A stretch of DNA of 64,000 nucleotides, from assembly GCA_040954595.2 (NCBI GenBank), contig CM082583.2, positions 9,100,254-9,164,253 on the forward strand, written 5' to 3'. A program made the position numbers and the translations under genes. The notes beneath the pieces were generated by a model, which worked only from the letters and a program-made list of their open reading frames with translations, searched no databases and was not told the DNA's origin. Of the stretch, positions 15,401 to 26,900 are shown piece by piece. The stretch comes from Balanoglossus misakiensis (lineage: Eukaryota; Animalia; Hemichordata). Within the stretch, counting starts at the first letter, position 1. Each line of letters begins with the position of its first letter.

Positions 15401-18400
15401 TAGTTTCTCACTCTAAATACCATAAAATAAAGTCTTATTGTACACGTACAGTACATGATTTTCATATATTTGTGAGCTTCTTTAAACTCACAAAGATAAC
15501 CATTTTCATAGTCTTCTGACAAAGTAAGATCAAATCAGTAAGAGCAGCAAAGTATGTACATTTAAACATAATTTCTCTAATTTTTATTACAACCAGATGT
15601 TGATGAATGTCGAAATGACCCATACATTTGTCAGAATGGACAGTGTGTTAACCTGCAAGGAACATACCGATGTGAATGTGATACTGGTTTCGAAGTGGAT
15701 GACTCGGGCAAAATTTGTCTAGGTAAGAATCTATACATTGTACATGTAGCAGGAATGTATCATTGATGTGTGACTTCTCCAGGGTTTAGTTTCTACAAAA
15801 CACTGAACAGCTTTATTAGAAACTTGAATCTAACAAACAGGCAAATTGCAGCTAGGCATTACATCTTTTTCTGTCTACCCTTTGAACAGATATTCGAGAG
15901 GGAATATGTTTCTACTCTGTGAACAACGGCATGTGCCAGACCTCAGCCGGCGAAGTCAGAGCCATGACCAAATCAACTTGCTGCTGTGCCATGGGAATGG
16001 CTTGGGGACCTGACTGTGATACTTGTCCGAGGAGAGGATCAGGTAAGGATTTGTTTGGCTATGTAGGCCTGTGTGTAGGTACTGGTGAATAATCAGATTT
16101 GAGTAGCAGGTATGGATCTTCTGCAGGTTTATTTGCAAAGGCATGTTTGTACACAATTTTTATTGTTGTAGGTCCACCACTATATTGTTGAACATTGCCA
16201 TATTCTTGAAGTGACAATCTCCATCACTTGGCTTCTTTTTTAACAGCTGGATTTGAAGAGCTTTGTCGCAATGGCGAAGGCAAAACACCCGATGGTCAAG
16301 ACATTGATGAGTGCATTGATGTCCCTGGTCTCTGTTACAACGGCATATGTGTCAATACACTGGGCTCGTACAGATGTGTTTGCAACCATGGGTATATCAG
16401 TGACACTGAGGGAACTAAGTGTGTTGGTGAGTATATTGCTTATACCTATGACTTGGTGGGGCAGGGTGTTCTTACTATTTTCTAAACACCTGGAAGCACT
16501 TCTTTGTGGGTTTTTTTGTCAGAGGGCCACATATATATATTTTTTTTCTTCTATCATGGATTTAACTTTGAATTGGTTGTATGTGTCGTACTGTGTTGTT
16601 CTTTGTCTTTACAACTGGCCACGTAAATTGCTTGTGGGAGTCATCCAGAAAACTAATATATGTTGTATTTTTAGATTTGAATGAGTGTGAGGAGACACCC
16701 ACGCCATGTGACTACAACTGCAAGAACACAGAAGGCAGCTATACGTGTGGCTGTCCTCAGGGTTATGTCCAAGGTCCTGATGGCGATTGCAAAGGTATGA
16801 TTTCTCACTGACGATTTCTTATTGGGCCAGACTGTCTTCCTTTTGCGAATCATCAACTGTGCATCAACAACACAACATTTACACAATTTTAAGTTAGAAA
16901 AGAATCTGATTTATTTACACCACTTTAAATATATCATAATAAAACCTGACACTCTATGATATTTTGTAGGCTTACTCCTCTTTTCTTGTTCATTTATCCA
17001 CAGATCTGGATGAGTGTGAATCAGACACTCACAACTGTCAGTATCTCTGTATGAACACTGTAGGAGGATTCCACTGTACATGTCCTGAAGGCTTCTCTCA
17101 ACATGGCATGGGTTGTATTGGTAAGGCTATTCACACTTTCCCTATCAATATATTGCATGTACATGTACATGTATATGCAACCATAAATCAATATTGTAAG
17201 ACATTATTCAGCTTGTTCTATGCATCTTGATCATGCTTAGAAATCTAAGAAATCTACTCTTTCTTCTTCCCCAAGACATCGATGAGTGCGCCAGCCAGCC
17301 TCAGCTGTGTGGTCCGTTTGGAACATGTCAGAACGAACAAGGTGGATATCGTTGTGAATGTCAAAGAGGGTATACATTTGACCCAGTCCTCTCTATGTGC
17401 ACAGGTGAGTGAAAATCAGTTCGATGCAAATATTAAAACTACAATGGATGCATTTATCTGCCAACCAAAGTGGAAAACCAGACTATGTGTTCTTTCATAG
17501 TACAAGTGGCATAAATAAACTATAACAATAATAACATGTATCCTTTGATTGTCTTCTACCAGATATGGATGAGTGTCTTGGTAACCACCGCTGTCAAGAT
17601 GGCTGCCAGAATACCATGGGAGGTTATCGCTGCAGCTGCCCTCAGGGATTCGTCCAGCATTACTACTGGAATCAGTGTGTTGGTATGTCATTCTGTCTTA
17701 CATCCAGTAATCATAGCATATTTGAAAAAGAACTCTCCAGGGTGCCTCGTACCTGCCAATCCATGAAGTACTCCATTCTGATCCAGAATCTAAGAGTGGT
17801 ATGCCATTCTGATTTAGAATCACCAGAAAGAACTCAGAGATCACCATATAAAATTGCGGATTAGTTAATTAACTATGCCATTATTGTGAATTTCTAAATG
17901 CATGTCCCACTGAGGAAAGAAAATACTTTTTATTGCAGATGACAATGAATGTATGGACAATCGCCTTTGTGGATCAGCTACTTGCTACAACACTGTTGGA
18001 AGCTTCAAATGTGGCTGTTCTGCAGGATTCAACTTTAACGCCCAGTATTTGACCTGCCAAGGTAAGAAAGGGGAGGGGGTTAAGCATAAATATCTCGTCA
18101 CATTTTACACTTGCATTGTCAAGTAATTGCTGTGTTACTTTGATGCAGATTTACCAATGTTTTTTTCAATCTGAAATAACAGACAACTGACCATTTGGTT
18201 TCTTTTGTCACAGATGTCAATGAATGTATTGGGTTTGGTCGAAATCCATGTTCCTTTGATTGCCAAAATACCCAGGGAAGCTTTAGCTGTGGTTGTCCAC
18301 CGGGATACACCAGTGCATTCCAAGGGTGAGTTTGTCTCTCTGCCTTTGTCTTGAACCCAGGAAGTCTTCCGGTGGGGTTCATGACTTTCTCCGAGCTTCT

Positions 18401-19627
18401 CATTATGAATTAAAATCAGATGATAATTCAACATCCATAACGTGATCTGAGTCTGGAAAGAAGTTAAGGTTCATACTTTGATTGATGTTGAACACATATT
18501 TTATGGTGGAGTGGTGTTAATTTACTGGAAACCTACCATGTTCTAACTTATTCTCTGTTGACCCATTTCTCATATCTTTGATCCAGTCTCCCCACTTCTG
18601 ACATCACACATCTTGTCATTGTAGGTCTTGTGTGTCAACTCTAGGAAGAGAGTCAACTGAGGGATGTTACGCTTGTGAGAATGGCCAGGCATCGGCTGGC
18701 GGGGTGCCTCTGCAGACAAATCTCGGCGCCGGTGTTGGTCAGGGATTCGACCAGCCAGCTTCTGACTTTGGTGGCAACTATAACCCTCAGCCGTACGAAG
18801 ACACCCAGGGATACCAGGGAAATGGACAGCCACTGGGTCAGCCTTTTGGCCAACCGTATGGTGGTGGTCAGCAGTATGGAGGTGGTCAGCAGTATGGTGG
18901 TGGTCAGGAGTATGGCCAGCAGTATGGTGGTGGTCAGCAATACGGCCAGCAGTATGGTGGTGGTCAGCAGTATGGAGGTGGCCAACAGTATGGTGGTGGC
19001 CAGCAGTATGGTGGTGGTCAGCAGTATGGAGGTGGTCAACAATACGGCCAACAGTACGGCCAACAAGATCAATACAGACAGGGTGGCTACAGTGGGGGCT
19101 ACAGCGGCGGGTACAATCGTTACAAGAGGTCGGCCAACGACACAGATCCCTTGAGTTCCGGAAGCCAGAGCTCTGAAGACACCGATACGGTTAACCATCA
19201 CAAGAAACTGATGCAGGTGGACGGAGAAGGCCCCAGAAAGAACGTCGCGGAAAGCCAAACAGAGAACAAAGACAGTGCACAGACTGGCATCAAAGATATC
19301 AAGTCGATCGCAGTGAAAGTGAAACTGAGCCAAGCCAAGGCGCGATCCCGCGTGCTCAAATTTGTGTCGTCTTTGGCGTCCTACGTTGGTGATATGCAAT
19401 ACAACATGACCAAGGGTAACGAGGGGGGCTACTTCGATGTCCGACACAAGCACGGTTCCACAATCGTGACTTTCCAGAAAACTGTCACAAGGCCGTCTGT
19501 ATTCCACCTAGAGATATCCGGCAGCTTGAGAGCCAACCCCAATGAAGAAAAATTAGAAGAGGTCCTGATGAAAGAATACAAAAAACACACACCCATGTTG
19601 AAGCTAGAAATTCATGTGATCCAATGA
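471..19627 (+). CDS. FBN: Fibrillin (co-orthologue of vertebrate FBN1/2/3), 5' end outside the window; 51 coding exons in the window
   Basis: GT-AG exons of about 120-130 bp, mostly one cbEGF each (e.g. 471-596 [42 protein letters not shown]). Approximate exon starts: 471, 730, 1198, 2398, 2734, 2992, 3374, 4215, 4791, 5100, 5476, 5714, 6031, 6372, 6764, 7082, 7449, 7764, 8126, 8371, 8739, 9020, 9317, 9624, 9926, 10201, 10472, 10709, 11113, 11337, 11629, 11915, 12266, 12526, 12895, 13294, 13607, 13890, 14346, 14773, 15199, 15597, 15890, 16247, 16675, 17004, 17276, 17563, 17939, 18214, 18625. Module order: 3 EGF, TB, 3 cbEGF, hybrid, 1 cbEGF, TB, 12 cbEGF, TB, 2 cbEGF, TB, 7 cbEGF, TB, 5 cbEGF, TB, 7 cbEGF, C-terminus. 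This is the fibrillin-1 pattern from TB2 onward. Stop TGA at 19625-19627. Confidence 0.97.
2398..2610 (+). CDS. FBN: Fibrillin exon, TB (8-cysteine) domain equivalent to TB2
   Basis: [59 protein letters not shown], with CCC triplet and WG.PC..CP; flanked by tttgcag and gtagg. Confidence 0.93.
4215..4406 (+). CDS. FBN: Fibrillin exon, hybrid domain 2
   Basis: [63 protein letters not shown]: TB-like N-half with CC and EGF-like C-half; acag/gtatg splice sites. Confidence 0.9.
4426..4692. repeat. Compound tetranucleotide microsatellite (CAAT/CAGT/CAAC/CAAG/CAGA)n in a fibrillin intron
   Basis: Directly visible runs aatcaatc, cagtcagt, aaccaacc, aagcaagc and cagacaga. Confidence 0.95.
5100..5568 (+). 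CDS. FBN: Fibrillin TB3 domain (exons 5100-5252 and 5476-5568)
   Basis: [51 protein letters not shown] joined to [16 protein letters not shown]; the reading phase is compatible. Confidence 0.9.
5714..9442 (+). CDS. FBN: Fibrillin central run of 12 tandem cbEGF exons (cbEGF11-22 equivalent)
   Basis: Twelve consecutive single-domain exons between TB3 and TB4. The second ends [12 protein letters not shown], resembling the MMM-containing cbEGF12 of vertebrate fibrillins. Confidence 0.92.
9624..9994 (+). CDS. FBN: Fibrillin TB4 domain with RGD integrin-binding motif (exons 9624-9794 and 9926-9994)
   Basis: [42 protein letters not shown]; RGD codons aga gga gac at 9665-9673. Confidence 0.92.
10709..11181 (+). 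CDS. FBN: Fibrillin TB5 domain (exons 10709-10873 and 11113-11181)
   Basis: [51 protein letters not shown]. Confidence 0.9.
13607..14084 (+). CDS. FBN: Fibrillin TB6 plus following cbEGF (exons 13607-13753 and 13890-14084)
   Basis: [45 protein letters not shown] ... [11 protein letters not shown] ... [12 protein letters not shown]. Confidence 0.9.
15890..16426 (+). CDS. FBN: Fibrillin TB7 plus following cbEGF (exons 15890-16042 and 16247-16426)
   Basis: [47 protein letters not shown] ... [10 protein letters not shown] ... [12 protein letters not shown]. Confidence 0.9.
18625..19627 (+). CDS. FBN: Fibrillin terminal exon: CYAC motif, Gly/Gln/Tyr repeat insert, furin site RYKR, asprosin-like C-terminal propeptide
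   Basis: Acceptor ttgtag at 18624, in phase with the exon ending 18325. CYAC at 18665-18676; RYKR|SANDT at 19118-19144; downstream [15 protein letters not shown] and [10 protein letters not shown] resemble the fibrillin C-terminal domain. Confidence 0.92.
18860..19114 (+). repeat. Coding tandem repeat of 18/12-bp units encoding GGGQ(Q/E)Y, GQQY and SGGY
   Basis: Units such as ggtggtggtcagcagtat: nine GGGQ(Q/E)Y, three GQQY, then [11 protein letters not shown]. Confidence 0.95.
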
Positions 19628-20302
19628 ACAATTTCTGTCGGTGCTATTAATATTATAAAAAATGAAACATAAAAAAGAGGGATTATTCAGATTTGATTTT
19701 CCCCAAATAGGTGTATGTTAAAGTACAATCTGTGTGGAAGCATGCTGTTCACCCCATGTTTCCTGCATATGTAGATTGGCCCTAGTTTTATATTATGATA
19801 GGTCAGTCTACTGGATGGGGCGTGTAAGGTGGGAAAGAATGCATACAAGGGACAAGCAGGCCAATTGAATCAAGAATGACTAAAATAGGCGAATTTCTAA
19901 TATGCTAGGTTTTTGATGTCAGGAAGCAAGGTCACACATTGATTGCAGATTCCTCATTTTACTCCATCTTGTCAAAATACGAACTGTGGTCCTAGTTTTA
20001 TCTGAAATATTTCTTTTATTGTCATTCAATTTATTAGGATACACTTTTTTACATATTGTAATCCCAAGCTAAGATTAATGAAAAATATGATATTTGAGAA
20101 TTAATTACTTTTATTGTAACAGACTTTATGGCAGTTATGTTAGGGGGTATTTTGAAGGTGTTAATTTGTCCATAAATAGAAAATTTTGATGAAAGAAGTT
20201 TAGTCTAGCCAACATACGCATAATGTTTTTTGACATATTTTGTGTCATCATGATTTTCTTTAGAATTGCTCATCTATATGGGAGAAATTTTCAGTAGACG
20301 CG

Positions 20303-20425
20303 AATAAATAATAATTTTTTTTTCAATATAGTCATTGCAAAATTGGTGGTTTAACCCGTCTAATAATGTCTCAAAACTGGGAAATAAACATATAACATGT
20401 GTGAGTCAAGTACAAGAAAAATAAA
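20303..20425 (+). terminator. Candidate fibrillin polyadenylation signals
   Basis: AATAAA at 20303, 20383 and 20420, at the end of an AT-rich 3' UTR-like stretch 0.7-0.8 kb after the stop codon. Confidence 0.45.
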
Positions 20426-20775
20426 AAAATGAATATTTTATTAAACTTGGTGTCTTAATATGTATGTCTTGTTCAGTCCTCTGACACTCAAAGGACAAAC
20501 TTTTCCACCTTGACCTTCTCTGAATGCCAAAATTTTGTCTGGATTCTCTTTTCGCTTGTATTAAAATTTGCTTCATTTTTTTCAAACTTTTCAATCGTTT
20601 CTGCCATGCACTTCTGTATTCACCAAAGTATTAAAACTTCTTGAACCTTCACGTGTTTTTGTCAGTTTTTAATCTCTTGACACAGTTTTCTTTATTACTT
20701 GGTAAATGTAGCGATTACTAGTATAAAGTCACGGGCAAATCCTGAAGCGCAAATGTAAAAATTGCTGTACTAGCA

Positions 20776-20794
20776 TAGCGCCCTCTATTGTGAC
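20776..20794 (-). promoter_or_regulatory. CTCF-like binding motif
   Basis: The minus strand reads GTCACAATAGAGGGCGCTA, matching the 3' core of the CTCF consensus (CCAC-YAG-RGGGCGC-TA) by eye. Confidence 0.45.
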
Positions 20795-20816
20795 TTTGTC
20801 AATTTTGCTAACAATA

Positions 20817-20900
20817 CGCCAATAACACCTGGTGTAAAAGGACCAATCACCTCTCAGCCAATCAACGAGCATACCGCTCTACGTAGAGATTCCCATTGGT
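20817..20900. promoter_or_regulatory. CCAAT-box (NF-Y-like) cluster, candidate promoter
   Basis: CCAAT at about 20819, 20843 (GACCAATCA) and 20858 (AGCCAATCA), plus ATTGG at about 20895, all within about 80 bp. Confidence 0.4.
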
Positions 20901-23900
20901 TGAGAGTGTTCAAAGCTTCACCAGCACCAGGTGATTTCAATTACGTGCCACCTCATTCTGTTCCACTTCTTATTTTGGGGAGCGAGCACGCCTTCGTCAT
21001 CCAACACGACATTTTCTGTGTCGAAGAAAACATGATTTTGAGGATGATGGCCGATTTGGAGAACTTTACAGGTTCTAGGGGAAATTTGCATTGCTATGTC
21101 GAAAGCACCTGCCGATCCTTTAGGTTCGTCGACGTTGATCCACCAACAAACAAGTGAGTAGACATGACCCTTTCATGTAACAGGTCACATGTAGCACGAT
21201 TTCAGTTTGATATTCTCCAAAACAAGATGGCATCTCATCAGTGTATTAGCATAGTAGTTTTTTTTTTCAAAACAAGGATAGTCTACACACTAGACTGAGA
21301 TGCGAGGCATTGCCCTCTATTTACGCAGTGAAGTTAACGACTCGAAGAAGACCAAAAGGTCGTAACATTCTCACCCAAACTGCTACTGAATACATTTTAT
21401 AATTTATGATTTCGGACGGATGCTTCCTGTGGGGGAAACTCTACGACATCAACACGTACAAGCGAAGGGATGTGATGTGAGGGAACTTTGATCTAGTTTG
21501 CTAGACTTGTCGATTATTCGTTGTGTCACCGGACTCGTGCCTATAAGAGAGTTCGATATCCTCTCACGCAATAACCCCATTCTGGACAACTTGTTTGAAT
21601 GTTTCATCGACTTTTAGCTTCAAATTCAAAAGACATCGCGGTATTGGGTATTTATCGATATAAAATTCTCACACTGCTTCTTAGGTTTTACCGAATTCTG
21701 AGCTGTTCATCAAAATGTTTTACTCTGTTGGTAGTGTTAGTATATCAGTCATTATTTGTCAGTTCAGTCATTCGCAAAGACTCCACAAAACCGAGAAACA
21801 CATATCGGGTTCAATTGCCCATCATGAAAAACACTCCACGTGACATTTTCAGTACACGTGGTAAAGCATGTGAAATGATGTCGTAGCGATGTTTTTTGTC
21901 CATCGTTGTCAGTGTTATGTGTCTGGCTGTGCTATCGATATCTTAAGAACGGCTTATAACTATCTCAACCAGACTTGGTGAACAGATACCGTTTTTTTAA
22001 TAAGTGGCAAGAACCGATTAGATTCTGGTTTAGTAGGTGTGGCTATCAAAATTATTTGTCTGACAATAATTGTCTATTGAGAGCAATGCATTCATGCAGA
22101 ATGGAATTTGAAGTAAGACAGTCAGCAATCTGGTAAGATTATGATGGTACTATGTCAATAGTCTTGCTAATTTGCTTACAATGAAGTTTTATTTTTAGTG
22201 ATATATTTCCGAATTTTCTACACAAAATTTAATGAATGTTGCTGCAGATATTGATATCAGCGAGACCGGGCTCCTCCGGGAGATATGTAGTATATTATGT
22301 CAAGTAACGCCTTATCTGTATATTTAATTTGACTTTGGACTTAGGGGTATATTGAGTCCGCCACACTCTGTAAAGGAGAGCTTTTTGTAGTTATTTTAAA
22401 GTGGCGTTTGCATGCACAATGAAGTGACACGCATGAGACACAACGATGGGGAGCCCTCAGCGCTCAATCTTGTCGATTTATTTTGTTTTTGCCACCACAA
22501 CCCATGTAACGAAGTACATGTACACGGTACTTCAGCCCTGTGCCTGAACTATTTGACCGAGACATTGATACACAGAGAATCGATGGTTCCTTGACCACTG
22601 AAACAGTAACCTGTCTGATCCAAAGTCACAACCTCGATCCACACGCGATAATGACCTTCTCGGTGCGAGTGAACTTCTGGAGGATGTTTGGATCGTGTTT
22701 ATTTGCCACCGTAAACACCAACCTTCAAGACTGTTCGGGTCCGAGTTTTTAACACACTCCGTTCCTTCTCCGCGTCCGGTCCTTGACCTGTGATGCACTC
22801 GAACAGCTGAAACATAATTGTATTTTTTCATTACAAAAAATAATGTTTGTAATGCAACAATACATTGCATGCTAGCTAATTGTTTTGAGCGTATAATTAT
22901 TCCGCGGAGTAGTATGTGAAGTCAAGATGGTTGTCATGAAGAATACATGTACTTTTTACCAATGCTTAACGAGGTTGATGACTTAAAAAAATCGAAGCGT
23001 GGGTCTGGATGACCCGGTCGGATGTGGAATATCTGAATTAGGGGTGTGCTTGCTCTCACTGGAGCGTAACCGAGAAGAATCTTAGGGTTCGTTATGGATG
23101 ATAAGTCACCCCCGGGTTTTATCTTGAGTGAAAACACTGTTGTATTCAAAATAATCAAGTCGAGATAGTTAGAGCTATGACTTGTGAGGAAAAGCGAGAT
23201 AGTGATGCATAACTATTAGTTGATCAAGCCTAATAAGGCTTTCCGACAGAAATAACCGATCGAAGCATAGATGGTAGAAACGCCAACATAGGCCATTCGA
23301 TTTTTTCGCACCAAGGAAGTTCTACACATACAGAGGACATCGTCTTTGTCCATGTCTTTTGTTGAGTGTAGGTAAAGTTCGCATAGATCGAGCGAACGAC
23401 CCCAGACCGTGGTATCCTGTGATGGACGGGTGGATTCTGTCTTCTGCCGCCACTACGTCACAGTGATACGTCACGGCATGTGAGAAAATGGCACGACCTT
23501 TCCATGTTTGCCTTTTCATCACTATTGTTTATGCGGACCGCAGATGTAAATGTGTTTTCGTACCAACTGACGGATGGTAGTCAATAGCCGATGTCTGTCC
23601 GGGCTTTCGGAGAAACATTGACAATTAAACAAACATACCAGAAGTATCACGCGTTTATTTGATTTTAAAAAAAATTTCACGTCAGTCGATACGGTACAAA
23701 GGCGGCAGACAACGACAGAATTTCCCTGTACCGATTGTCTCGACCAAGTTCAGTTGGTTTAAGAATTATGTAACAACTTTCTCGCATTTACTCGACGTCC
23801 AGATCGCTCTACTTTCATCTCGCCGCTGACTATGCGCCTTTCTTTGTAACACCGGGATTTTTCCTGACTCAAAAACCAAATATTAAGATTTCCCTTTGTA

Positions 23901-26900
23901 CCCGCGCGATCCCGAGCTGGCTTCTGTGCTCATGAACTTTATAAGGAATGACCTTTGCCAGGGGTTTGGTTTTGTATAGCCTGAGTGCATCTGCGATGAG
24001 GAAATCCCGTACCTATTGGTCTGCAGTGCAGACTGTGACGTGCCTTTACGTAGAAAAAGAAAGACGTGCTTGAGTGAATTTTCCTCTTTAAGGAATATGA
24101 ACTCTGTCGTAGCTAAGTCATATACAATCGACAAACTCATCACTCGATGTATATTGCATACATACATAATTAGACGGTAGACTCAATGAGCATAACAGGA
24201 TTGGTGTATTTCGGATTTCATCCCTGCAAGCATATCTAATTAACCCCCCCCCCCCGACCGAATTTTCTTCAGTGTCCGGGACGTACGTGAGGGAAACCTC
24301 TTTAATTACGGCGTCTTGCGTAACACGCGGGGATTACATGATAATCCTCGGTGAAAGTTGAGATCGCGCAAGTCCCATGTTTCACCAAAGAAGTGTATTT
24401 CAACCCCATCATCGTCAGGCGATGAACCCGGGCCGTCTTCTCTGCCCACACAAATACAATAGCAGAGATTGCAGCAAAATGCTTGACGTCATTGTGGAAA
24501 AACTAGTACCAAAAATTATTTCCTAAAGTTGCGTTGCAAACTACTAAATTACAAAAAAATCTCCCATAGTTGCGTTGTGTGATATGTGCGGTGCCCATCT
24601 TTGGTAATGTTCTGTGTTTAACGCGCCACTTTGACATAACGCAAAGCTTACTGTACAACACGCCGATAATGGATGATGCTGAACGTTATTTTGGGTATCA
24701 AATTCGATAACGCTAAGAATGCATGTCCGCTGCGACAAACATCATCTTCAATAGCAGTTGACGATTGATACATTGCCGCGATAAAATCACAGACCGTTTT
24801 TATGACTTCCCTTTAGAACCACCTGAAATTGCCCGTAGAGTCTGATGGCCAGCTTCGTTCTGGCTCACACGGCCGGCAATGGCACCAGTGCTGAAATCAG
24901 CTTCGTGTGTAGGCTGCCACGGCTGGTGGTCCTCGTACGGGGCATCAACCCTCATTTGGGAAACATGCTCGTCGGAGCGAATAGGATTACGTAAGTTTAA
25001 TGGCCAATGTGTCTGTCTTAGTGAAATCTGTGCACTTTTCAATGTGCTGGACACGGTTACTATACTTTAATAGAGAATGCCCCCAAACCATACAACGACT
25101 CCTTTTATTTCACCGCAACTGGTCTTCATTGCGGAACTGATTAGGTTTGGAGATAATGCCTGTGAATCTCTGTCTACCTGTCCCCAATTTAGCAAAGTTA
25201 AAAATATCAGACACGCCACACATCTCATTTGCAAATTCACGTACGATTACGCATGACACCACTGGAACTTTTTTCGTCAAATACAAACAGACTCGGATAA
25301 AAGCGTGAAAAACTTTCGGCATAGTACACCTGCTACGCACCCGTTGTTTTTGTCATTTTGTTTTGTTCAAAAAAGTTACGTCATTCCGCAAGTACAGCTG
25401 ATACTGGTCGTTATATGCACATTTTCTTAGTATGCAGTGATCCCTCGAAATAGTTCCAGTGGCGTTGTATCTGTACGATAGGCTAATTTCACACGCCATA
25501 ACAAGTGAATGTCGTCGGTAGCTGTAGAGTTCTTTCCCCTTGCCGACTGACACACTTCAGATTCATGTCGGCCCCAAACAGGAAACACTCGACATCCATG
25601 TCAAGCGTGTGTCAAACTGAAGATAACACTTTCTCCTACACTTGACGACGGCTCGCTGACTCATCCTGACAACGTACCCCTAAATAAGTAACATCCGATT
25701 CGGTCAGCGAGAGCAGTGTCCGACCACGGCGGAGGCAATTATCGGATGGCACCGGGCCAGCGAAGCCCCACGCCGCGATCTGGCGTGCGTAACAAACATA
25801 CTTTCCCAGTAAACTCGCCCCCATTTTCACCCCAATGCGATCAATGATACACCAAACAAAGGCATTTAAAAAAATTCACCACCCATCGTGTTTTAAGAAC
25901 TTGAACGATCCTGCGGTGGGGGGGGGGGGAACTGTTGCTGGGGGGCATTGTCATAACAGATTGGCTCATCATCCAGTGAAAAGTGCAACGTCGAGGATTG
26001 ACTTTTAATAAACACTTATTGTATGATCGTCAAATTTTATTCCAAACGATACAAGGCTCGTAAATGCCGTTCCTATCAAAACTTTCACTGTATACTCTGT
26101 ATATACCCCTGCTGCGGCCATCTCCAGGACACTACAGCGGGCCATGGGCGGGGCTTTCAATTCAGATAACGGGGAAAGTTTATTTTCCATTTGTAAACAC
26201 CAATTAAGCTTCCGTACGGACAACATACGCGAGAAAATTCGTATCTCCTGCTGAATGATTCCGCAATTTTACTATAAGAGATTACGCGCCAGCTGGTGTC
26301 CCCCCATTCTCCCCCCCCCTCTTCCCCTCCCACCACGCACCTGGAGTCAATATCCAGACGAATAATTTACATAACACTTTGGAAATCCCAGCAATGTCGG
26401 GATTTGCACGTAAACTTTTATCTATTTTTCCAAGCCTGCATTTTGTCCGCGCCTGATTTGACATTTATCGCTGTTGATATGATTAACAGCCCCACAGTAC
26501 AGCAATGACGTCGCCATACCCGCAAAGCATGGTGGGAAGCTCGGCGGGGTTCCTTCAGGGCCTTACCCAAGTTTTCCCGGGGAGAGGGTTAAAATTTGTG
26601 GCACAGAGGAAGATGTTTTTTCTCATTGGCAAACACCCAAATCCCTTTCATTACAATATTCGAGGATATTCGGACGAAATGGAAGGTGATAACATCTCCT
26701 GCAAGAAGTGTCAATGATCATGATTAAAATTTAAAAACGGAGCTGCAAATGAGTTAAATTCTCGCCAGTCGCCGTGTGAAGAATACTGAAAATGTGGGAT
26801 GTTTGCTAATTTTTTTCTAAGGAGAAAAATAGCGCTCACGTCATTACGTCACCATCTTTTGTTCTCTTTATTTACTCCGACAAACGCAGCTAGTTTTTTT

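Noticed and set aside
18653-19507. 284-aa minus-strand ORF and 159-aa alternative-frame ORF (LLTTTI and MVVVSS repeats)
   Set aside because: Shadow frames of the GGGQQY-coding fibrillin exon.
471-19627. Alternative identity as LTBP, fibulin or Notch
   Set aside because: Six TB domains plus a hybrid, the 12/2/7/5/7 spacing and the furin-cleaved C-terminus are specific to fibrillin. No transmembrane, LNR or ankyrin domains are present.
21599-26717. Intergenic ORFs of 60-112 aa (e.g. 22532-22870, 24800-25054)
   Set aside because: No recognisable domain and no chain of phase-compatible exons. Degraded transposon remnants cannot be excluded without a search.
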